From assembly GCA_963827865.1 (NCBI GenBank), contig CAWHCO010000001.1, positions 219,750-283,749 on the forward strand: a DNA stretch of 64,000 nt, given 5' to 3'. The translations under genes were made by a program, and so were the position numbers. A model generated the notes under the pieces. That model did no database searches. It had not been told where the DNA came from and worked only from the letters and a program-made list of their open reading frames with translations. The DNA is from an uncultured bacterium (GTDB lineage Bacteria > Actinomycetota > Acidimicrobiia > Spongiisociales > UBA4744). This document shows, piece after piece, positions 57,471 to 64,000 of the stretch (positions are counted from its first letter, which is position 1; each line of letters opens with the position of its first letter).

Positions 57471-58376
57471 TCAGCCGCTGATGAACCCGTTGGCGGCCAG
57501 CCAGTCGTGGGCGACCGTCGACGCGTCTTCCTTGTCGATGTTGACGAGTTTGTTCATCTGCGATAGCTCACTCGTCGTGATCTTCGCCGAGACGGCGTTG
57601 ACCACGTCGTCGAGTTCTTGGCTGTTGACCGCCGTTCTCACGACGGGAACGATGTTGTCGGCAGGTTGCAGATGCCTGTCGTCTTGCAGCACGACAAAGT
57701 TCTTCGCGGCGATAGCGCCGTCACTCGAGAACAGAAGACCCACGTCGATCTCCCCATTCTCCAGCGCGGCGACTGTGATCGGTCCGCCTGTGTCCAGCGG
57801 CTTGAATTCCTTGAAGTTCAGTCCGTAGGTGTCCTGGAAGCCGATCAGGCAGAACGGCCGCTTCGGGCACTCTGGCGGTCCGCCGAACACAAGGTCGCCG
57901 GCGATGGATGCCAAGTCGCTGATCTTCGTCAAGCCGTACTTGGCGGCCGTTTCCTGGGTGACCACGAGGGCGTTGGCGTCGACGGCGGGCGCGTAGTCGA
58001 GCACTGTCACGCCCCTGTCTGCGAAGCGCTGTCGAAGCGTGTCGACGGTGGCGGCGGCGTCACCGCTCGCCTCGCCGGCTCCGTTGTTCAGGTACTCGAG
58101 CACGGTTCCCGCGTATTCGGCGTACAGGTCGATCTCACCGGACTCGAGTGCCGGCTCCACGATGTCTCGTGCACCGAGATTGAACCGGCGCTCGACGGTG
58201 AACCCGTTTGCCTCCAGCGCCTGGGCGTAGATCTCGCCGAGGATCTCTTGTTCCGTGAAGTTCGTCGACCCGACTTTGATCGTCGTGGCGCCTCCACCCG
58301 ATCCACATGACGTCGCCACGATGGCGAACGCCACGAGAATCGCCCCGAAGACGCCAGTGCGGCGTTTTGTCCGCAT
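57471..58376 (-). CDS. glycine betaine/osmoprotectant ABC transporter substrate-binding lipoprotein
   Basis: Signal peptide with lipobox (AIVATSCGSG), then OpuAC-type domain IKVGSTNFTEQEILGEIYAQAL. AGGAGG SD before ATG 58376. Confidence 0.85.
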   Translation of the reverse strand: MRTKRRTGVFGAILVAFAIVATSCGSGGGATTIKVGSTNFTEQEILGEIYAQALEANGFTVERRFNLGARDIVEPALESGEIDLYAEYAGTVLEYLNNGAGEASGDAAATVDTLRQRFADRGVTVLDYAPAVDANALVVTQETAAKYGLTKISDLASIAGDLVFGGPPECPKRPFCLIGFQDTYGLNFKEFKPLDTGGPITVAALENGEIDVGLLFSSDGAIAAKNFVVLQDDRHLQPADNIVPVVRTAVNSQELDDVVNAVSAKITTSELSQMNKLVNIDKEDASTVAHDWLAANGFISG

Positions 58377-58461
58377 GGGTATTCCTCCTGAGTTGCTTGA
58401 CAAGACCCGGCTCGACCGGGTCGTCACACCCTAGGGTATCGAAGCGCTTACGGGTTCGATC

Positions 58462-59181
58462 TCAGAAACCTTTCGGGATCTGTGAGATGTCCGCGAATTC
58501 TGCCCTTCGACCGATCCCCGGAGAGACGAAGAATCGCTCCATCAGAGAGAAGAACCCTTCTGTGATGACAGACAGCACCGCGACGAGCAGCGCACCTGCG
58601 AACACCTGCACGAGGTCGCGGGTCGCGAGACCGTCGATGATGTAGCGGCCGAGCCCTCCCCCTCCGATGAGCGCTGCGAGTGTGGCGGTGGCGACCACTT
58701 GAACGGCCGAAACACGAATTCCGGTGATGATCACGGGAAGCGCCAAAGGGATCTCGATCTTCCTCAGGACCTGTCCTTCGGTGAACCCCATCCCGCGCGA
58801 CGACTCGACGGTGCCCGGGTCGACCTCTCGGACGCCCGTGTAGGCGTTGGTCAACATGGGCGGTATCGCCAGCAAGAAGAGTGCTGCGAACGCCGGCCAG
58901 TAGCTGAGGCCGAGTCCGAGCTTGATCGACACCGGCACGCCCACGACGAGCACCGCGAACGATGGCAGCGCCCTTCCCACGTTGGCCACGGAGATGGCAA
59001 AGAAGGCTCCCCTGTGGCGGTGGCCGAGCGTCACTCCCAGTGGGAGTGCTATCGCGGCGGCGAGCGCAACCGGCCAGACGGACAGCGACAGATGTTCGAG
59101 AACTCTCGCAGGAACGCCGCCGGATCCCTGCCAGCTCGCCGGATCGAGAAACCATCGTGCGACGTCGGCGAGAAACGTCAT
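58462..59181 (-). CDS. osmoprotectant ABC transporter permease
   Basis: Polytopic BPD-type permease. ATGA overlap with the upstream permease. Confidence 0.85.
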   Translation of the reverse strand: MTFLADVARWFLDPASWQGSGGVPARVLEHLSLSVWPVALAAAIALPLGVTLGHRHRGAFFAISVANVGRALPSFAVLVVGVPVSIKLGLGLSYWPAFAALFLLAIPPMLTNAYTGVREVDPGTVESSRGMGFTEGQVLRKIEIPLALPVIITGIRVSAVQVVATATLAALIGGGGLGRYIIDGLATRDLVQVFAGALLVAVLSVITEGFFSLMERFFVSPGIGRRAEFADISQIPKGF

Positions 59182-59852
59182 CCGATCGTGGCCTTCCTTC
59201 GAGCCCACGGGGTCAATGCCCGTTCAACGAGCACGAGGACCCCGTCGAGCAGCAGGGCGAGGACCACAGAAAGGACGGAACCGACGATGAGTGGTGTTGT
59301 GAACAGGCGGTTGAGCCCGTCGAGGATGAGCTGACCGAGTCCTCCCAGACCGATCAGCGCCGTGATCGTGACGAGCCCTACGGTGGTCACGGTCGCGATG
59401 CGAATGCCCGCTATCACCACCGGCAGTGCTATCGGCAGTTCGATCTCGAGCAGCATTCTGCGCCGCGTGTACCCCATCCCGAGCGCCGCCTCTCTCACCT
59501 CCTGGGGAACTCCGTCGATACCGGCGACGATATTGCGAATGAAGATCAGCAACGTGTAGGAGACCAGTCCGATCTCGGCGGTGGTGACGGACAGCCCTGT
59601 CAGCGGAATCAGCATGACGAACAGCGCCAGGGACGGAATCGAGTAGAGCACCCCGGTGACCCATGTGATCGGCGCGTACGTTCTCCGGTAGCGGAGTGCG
59701 ATCATGGACAGCACGATCGAGATCAGAAACCCGACGCCGAGCGCGATTCCCGTCAACGCGAGATGCTGTACTGTCCTGCCCCAGATCATGTCGAGATGGG
59801 ACCACACCCAGTTCCACCGGATGAACGGCTCGGTGGTCTGCGCGAGGATCAC
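59178..59852 (-). CDS. osmoprotectant ABC transporter permease
   Basis: Polytopic BPD-type permease (EAALGMGYTRRRML loop). GTGA overlap with the ATPase gene. Confidence 0.85.
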   Translation of the reverse strand: MILAQTTEPFIRWNWVWSHLDMIWGRTVQHLALTGIALGVGFLISIVLSMIALRYRRTYAPITWVTGVLYSIPSLALFVMLIPLTGLSVTTAEIGLVSYTLLIFIRNIVAGIDGVPQEVREAALGMGYTRRRMLLEIELPIALPVVIAGIRIATVTTVGLVTITALIGLGGLGQLILDGLNRLFTTPLIVGSVLSVVLALLLDGVLVLVERALTPWARRKATIG

Positions 59853-60940
59853 GACAGCAGCGCCTCGTTGAGACGTTCCGCGCTGAGCATCCCCCTGTAC
59901 CTGTCGCCGTCGACGATCACCGCCATTTGGGTCTTGGACGTGACGATGGCGTTCAACACCTGCCGGAGCGTGCTGTCGCCTGACAACTTCGCCGAGAACG
60001 GTCGCGGCTCCAGTTCACCGACCGTCGCGTGATGAGCGAGTTCGGCGCCCCACACCCAGCCGAGCAGTCTGCCGTCGTCAACGATCCCCACCCAGTCCAC
60101 GTCGTGCGTGTCCATGACGGCTCGAGCCTGTTCCGGGGTCGTCTCCGGGGTGACGACCGGGCCCTGTTCGAGCTCGATGGTGTCGACGCTGATGAGTGAC
60201 AGTCGTCTGAGGCCCCGCTCACTGCCCAGGAACTCCACCACGAAGTCGTTGGCGGGTGCCCGGAGGATCTCTTCGGGTGGTGCGTACTGCTCGAGAACCC
60301 CGCCGACGTTGAGTAGCGCCACCCTGTCACCGAGGCTGATCGCCTCGTCGATGTCGTGCGTCACGAACACGATCGTCTTCTGCAGCCTCGCCTGGAGAAG
60401 CTTGAGCTCATCCTGCAAGCGGGCGCGAACGATCGGGTCCACGGCACCGAACGGCTCGTCCATCAGCAACACCGGGGGGTCGGCTGCCAGGGCGCGTGCC
60501 ACACCTACCCGCTGCTGCTGGCCGCCGGACAGCTCCGCCGGGTATCGATCACCGACTTCCGGTTCCAGACCCACGAGTTCGATCAGTTGGGAGACACGAG
60601 GCTCGATGCGTTCGCGCTCCCATCCGAGAAGACTTGGGACGGTCGCGATGTTCTGCACGATCGTACGGTGCGGGAACAGCCCGACTTGCTGGATGACGTA
60701 GCCGATCTTGCGACGCAGGAGATGCGGGTCTTCGGCGCTCGCCTTCACCCCGTCTATCCAGATCTCACCGGATGTCGGCTCGATCAGCCTGTTGATCATC
60801 TTGAGGGTGGTGGTCTTGCCGCACCCCGATGGTCCGACAAGCACCACGATCTCTCCGGCGGGGATCTCGAACGACAGGTCTCCAACGGCCGGCTTCTCAG
60901 AGCCAGGGAACACCTTCGATACGTGGTCGAGTCGGATCAT
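59849..60940 (-). CDS. osmoprotectant ABC transporter ATP-binding protein with tandem CBS domains
   Basis: Walker A GPSGCGKTT, signature LSGGQQQRVGVARA and Walker B VLLMDEPFGAVD, with a CBS pair at the C-terminus. ATG 60940. Confidence 0.9.
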   Translation of the reverse strand: MIRLDHVSKVFPGSEKPAVGDLSFEIPAGEIVVLVGPSGCGKTTTLKMINRLIEPTSGEIWIDGVKASAEDPHLLRRKIGYVIQQVGLFPHRTIVQNIATVPSLLGWERERIEPRVSQLIELVGLEPEVGDRYPAELSGGQQQRVGVARALAADPPVLLMDEPFGAVDPIVRARLQDELKLLQARLQKTIVFVTHDIDEAISLGDRVALLNVGGVLEQYAPPEEILRAPANDFVVEFLGSERGLRRLSLISVDTIELEQGPVVTPETTPEQARAVMDTHDVDWVGIVDDGRLLGWVWGAELAHHATVGELEPRPFSAKLSGDSTLRQVLNAIVTSKTQMAVIVDGDRYRGMLSAERLNEALLS

Positions 60941-60966
60941 GGCTACCGAGCCTAGGTGACGCCGTT

Positions 60967-61048
60967 CCGTTCTTGCGTGAGGCGGGCAGACAGTGTTGAC
61001 CCCTCTCACGCCAGAACGGTTGGGTGCACCGCTCTCACGCCGGAACAG
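60967..61048 (-). promoter_or_regulatory. three-copy 15-17 nt repeat (two direct, one inverted) in the leader of the osmoprotectant operon
   Basis: Plus-strand CCGTTCTTGCGTGAG (60967-60981) is the inverted partner of CTCACGCCAGAACGG (61005-61019): 15 bp with 1 mismatch and a 23-nt loop. A further direct copy, CTCTCACGCCGGAACAGG, lies at 61032-61048. Confidence 0.35.
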
Positions 61049-61051
61049 GCT

Positions 61052-61936
61052 CTAGGTTCCTACCTCGAACCCGGCGAGTGCCTCCAACGCCTTCACGAGC
61101 GCATGGTTGCCCTCACCTCCAAGCCCTTGGTGTTGCAGCGCCCTGTAGAGCTGGAACACGAGCGCCGTTGCCGGCAGCGGGACGCCCATTTGGTCGGCAG
61201 CTTCAAGCACGAGTCGAAGGTCCTTCTGCTGAAGATCGATCGTGAACCCGGGCCGCCAGTCACGCTCGATCATCTGTGGACCGCGATTGGACAGCATCCA
61301 CGAGCCGGCCGCTCCACCTTCAACCGCTGCCAGTGTCGAGTGGAGGTCGAGATCGGCACCTTGAGCGAACATCATTGCCTCGCTCACCGCCAGCCCGGTG
61401 ACAACGACGAGGATCTGATTGACGAGCTTCGCCGTTTGACCGGCCCCGGTCGGACCGACATGGGAGACGGTGGACGCATACGTGTCCATGGCAGGTCTGG
61501 CTCGCTCGAGTTGCTGGGCATCGCCCCCGACCATCACTGCCAGCGTTCCTCTCACGGCACCTTCACTCCCGCCGCTCACCGGCGCGTCGAGCCAGTGCGC
61601 ACTCTTCGCCTCGACGATGCCGGCGAGGTCCACGGTGGCCGATGGGCTGATCGTGGAATGGTCGACGATCAGCGATCCTCGGTGCAGCCCCTCAACCACA
61701 CCATCGGTGCCGACCACGACCTCCTGAACGTCCCGAGTGTCGGACACGCAGATCATCACGATATCGCACCGTCGCGCGACGTCGGCGGGCGACGACCCTG
61801 CCGCCGCTCCTGATTCGACGAGTGGCTCCATACGTTGCACTGTCCGGTTCCAGACGACCACATCGAAGCCCTTGTCGACGAGATTGCGAGCCATCCCCGA
61901 ACCCATGATCCCGAGCCCGATGAATCCGACGTTCAC
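61052..61936 (-). CDS. NAD(P)-dependent beta-hydroxyacid dehydrogenase (3-hydroxyisobutyrate dehydrogenase family)
   Basis: Starts VNVGFIGLGIMGSGMARNL (Rossmann). GTG 61936 has a GGAGG SD 5 nt upstream. The ORF-track extension to 62386 overlaps natB. Confidence 0.85.
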   Translation of the reverse strand: MNVGFIGLGIMGSGMARNLVDKGFDVVVWNRTVQRMEPLVESGAAAGSSPADVARRCDIVMICVSDTRDVQEVVVGTDGVVEGLHRGSLIVDHSTISPSATVDLAGIVEAKSAHWLDAPVSGGSEGAVRGTLAVMVGGDAQQLERARPAMDTYASTVSHVGPTGAGQTAKLVNQILVVVTGLAVSEAMMFAQGADLDLHSTLAAVEGGAAGSWMLSNRGPQMIERDWRPGFTIDLQQKDLRLVLEAADQMGVPLPATALVFQLYRALQHQGLGGEGNHALVKALEALAGFEVGT

Positions 61937-61995
61937 GGTCACCTCCCAGTGCCACAGCTGACCGTACGTGGTCCTGCCAGCTCTCGATTGCAGAC

Positions 61996-63186
61996 CTACT
62001 GCTCCGAACCCGCCCTGAGCGCGTCTCGAAGCTTCACTTTGGCGCCGATCCGCAGAATCGATCCCTGATAGATGCGCGCGCCGAGACGGAGCACCCAGTA
62101 GGTGGCGAGCAGGATCAGCACGACCGAAAGCGCCACCTCCCACGTGGGCACATTGGTCACCGTCATCCGGGTCGGCATGACAAACGGTGAAAAGGGCGGA
62201 ATGATCGAACCGAGGTGCGGGAGAACCGCATTGGGCTCCTCCAGTGCGTAGATAGAGAGGAAGAACCCAGGGACGATCGCCAGGATCGGGATGAACGCCA
62301 CCCCCTGTGCGTCTTCCTGACGGGAGATCGTGGCGCCGAGAGCGGCGTAAAGGACGGCGAACAACGCATACCCGAGCAGGTACCAAATGAGCACGGTGAG
62401 CGCCACTCGAGCGCCGATGCCGGCTAGATCGACGTTCACGACGTTCGCTCTACTCAGAGTGAACAGCGCCGCCCCACCGATGACCACGAGTTGAATGACA
62501 CCGAGGAGCCCTATCCCCAGCACCTTGCCGGCGAGGAGCCAACGGGGTCGCGTCCGAGACAGCACCACTTCGACCACCCTCGACTGTTTCTCCTCCATCA
62601 CTCCCAACATCACAAACTGTCCGAACATGAGAATCGAGATGTACAGCAGGATCGAGCCCACATAGCTGGCGACCTGTTTCGGCGCCTGTGAAGGATCCGG
62701 CGCCGTCAGTGAGCGACTTGCCAGCGGCTCGGGGCTGAGGAGCTGTGCGGCCTCCTGCTCGCTGAGACCAAGCGTCGCTATGTTCTTGGATCGCTCGAGG
62801 CTCTGCACTGCAGATGTCACGATCGCAGACAGCTGGTAGGAGGGATCCTCGTTCCACACGAGTTGGTTGCCGTCCACCAGGAGGACGTTCGCATCGCCCT
62901 TCTCGAGCGCCGCCTCCCCTTCGGCAGTCGACGCGTAGCTGGTCACCGTGACCGTACGATCGAACGCCTGGGCCGACGCATCGACTGCCTGCTGGAAGTT
63001 GTCAGGCACCGTTCCCGTGACCCCGATCTTGTACGGCTTCTGCACGGCGCTCTGGGCCGCGAGAAGCGGCCCCGCCACGACCACGACTCCCACGATGATC
63101 AGCATGGAAATCAGAAACACCCTGCTCCGTATGCGCTGGAGGAAGTCACGCTGGGCGATCAGGAACACCTGTTTGAGCGGGCTCAT
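61996..63186 (-). CDS. ABC-2 type transporter permease (NatB-like)
   Basis: N-terminal TM, large extracytoplasmic loop, then a cluster of five C-terminal TM helices. ATGA overlap with the ATPase gene. Confidence 0.8.
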   Translation of the reverse strand: MSPLKQVFLIAQRDFLQRIRSRVFLISMLIIVGVVVVAGPLLAAQSAVQKPYKIGVTGTVPDNFQQAVDASAQAFDRTVTVTSYASTAEGEAALEKGDANVLLVDGNQLVWNEDPSYQLSAIVTSAVQSLERSKNIATLGLSEQEAAQLLSPEPLASRSLTAPDPSQAPKQVASYVGSILLYISILMFGQFVMLGVMEEKQSRVVEVVLSRTRPRWLLAGKVLGIGLLGVIQLVVIGGAALFTLSRANVVNVDLAGIGARVALTVLIWYLLGYALFAVLYAALGATISRQEDAQGVAFIPILAIVPGFFLSIYALEEPNAVLPHLGSIIPPFSPFVMPTRMTVTNVPTWEVALSVVLILLATYWVLRLGARIYQGSILRIGAKVKLRDALRAGSEQ

Positions 63187-64000
63187 CGTTTCACCGCCTG
63201 CCTGAACAGATCCGACAGGTTGGGGGGTTCGAAGCTGAAGCTGGTCACAGCTCCATCCTGCTTCGCCCGATGGAGAACCGCCTCGGCATCCACCCCCGTT
63301 CGGATCAGATACCGCTGACCGCTGTCACCAATCGTCTCAACACCTGGAAGATCCGGCGTCCAGGGCTCTCCATCGACGGTGATCTCGAGGTGTCGGTAGT
63401 CGGATCGGTCGCGCAGCTCGGCAAGAGGTCCGGCGAGCACAACTCGTCCGTGATCGATGATGACGACGTCCTGACATACATCCTGGACGAGATCGAGTTG
63501 ATGGCTCGAGAACACGATGCCTGCACCGGTGTCGGCCAGCTCCCGCAAGGTCGCGGCCATGTCCTCGACCCCGATCGGGTCGAGACCGGCGAACGGTTCG
63601 TCGAGCACCGCAAGTTCGGGTCCGTGGACGAGCGACACGGCAAGCTGGACACGCTGCTGGTTGCCGTGTGAGAGATCCTCGAGCTTCGAAAGCGCCCTGT
63701 CTGACAGGCCCAGCCGGCTGAGCCACCGGTCCGCGGCGGACGAAGCCGCTGACGGGTCCATTCCCGAGAGCCGCCCGAAATACACCAGTTGCTCTCTGAT
63801 CTTCATCTTCGGGTAGAGCCCACGCTCCTCCGGCATGTACCCGAACCGAAGGTGATCCTGAGGTCCGACCGGCGACCCGTTCCATCGCACCTCACCCGCG
63901 TCGGGGCGCACAAGCCCGAAGACACAGCGCATCGCCGTGGTCTTCCCTGCCCCGTTCGGACCGAGAAACCCGACGACACGGCCTGGCCTCACCTCGAAGG
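63183..64000 (-). CDS. ABC transporter ATP-binding protein (NatA-like), 5' end beyond the window
   Basis: Walker A GPNGAGKTT, signature LSHGNQQRVQLA and Walker B LAVLDEPFAGLD. The N-terminal ~30 codons are cut off by the window edge. Confidence 0.85.
   Translation of the reverse strand, partial: FEVRPGRVVGFLGPNGAGKTTAMRCVFGLVRPDAGEVRWNGSPVGPQDHLRFGYMPEERGLYPKMKIREQLVYFGRLSGMDPSAASSAADRWLSRLGLSDRALSKLEDLSHGNQQRVQLAVSLVHGPELAVLDEPFAGLDPIGVEDMAATLRELADTGAGIVFSSHQLDLVQDVCQDVVIIDHGRVVLAGPLAELRDRSDYRHLEITVDGEPWTPDLPGVETIGDSGQRYLIRTGVDAEAVLHRAKQDGAVTSFSFEPPNLSDLFRQAVKR

Noticed and set aside
1-64000. Scan for CRISPR arrays, rRNA or tRNA genes, prophage or defence-island signatures.
   Set aside because: No regularly spaced repeats of 25-40 nt, no rRNA-like conserved blocks, no foldable tRNA, and no phage, transposase, restriction or toxin-antitoxin-like ORFs were recognisable. 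The window reads as core chromosome.

Overview
GC-rich chromosomal segment with gene content and order typical of Actinomycetota; no finer placement is possible from sequence alone. About 65 genes are packed tightly, mostly on the minus strand, and many neighbours share 1-4 nt stop/start overlaps. Left to right: dnaE; two tandem phosphofructokinase paralogs; rluD-lspA-TraR/DksA-DUF167; ileS; then a near-complete division/cell-wall (dcw) cluster on the minus strand, in transcription order mraZ-rsmH-ftsL-ftsI-murE-mraY-murD-ftsW-murG-murC-murB-ftsQ-ftsZ-pgeF-yggS-sepF-yggT-divIVA, with no murF. Next come a small accessory-looking patch (Usp, a resolvase-fold protein lacking its catalytic residues, two hypotheticals) and a MoxR/DUF58/transglutaminase triad. 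After that: MerR, DUF3040, and a histidine phosphatase fused by frameshift to fabF within a FAS-II operon (fabD-fabH-fabG-acpP-fabF). Then threonine aldolase, alpha-glucan phosphorylase, and an aminotransferase/LLM oxidoreductase/DUF1232/ROK kinase operon. The right end holds hsp20; a tightly coupled six-gene operon from queG to an ArsA/Get3-like ATPase; a small Cys-rich protein; a coiled-coil NYN protein; tricorn protease; an osmoprotectant ABC transporter; a beta-hydroxyacid dehydrogenase; and a NatAB-like ABC-2 exporter cut by the window edge. I recognised no rRNA, tRNA, CRISPR array, transposase or prophage. I did not find a convincing novel multi-gene system; this looks like mostly core genome. 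The observations most worth a second look are: (1) three frame disruptions (fabF, DUF58, ftsW 3' end), each plausibly repairable by one base, which are either assembly indels or real pseudogenisation; (2) the queG-to-ArsA-like operon of mostly uncharacterised proteins; (3) the catalytically dead resolvase-fold gene with its convergent hypothetical neighbours; (4) a three-copy repeat with alternative pairing potential in the leader of the osmoprotectant transporter; (5) a well-formed mraZ promoter overlapped by phased GTGG boxes. ORF-track starts include GTG/TTG codons shown as M. Many listed ORFs carry spurious N-terminal extensions, which I trimmed using conserved N-termini, Shine-Dalgarno (SD) spacing and overlap with the upstream stop codon.
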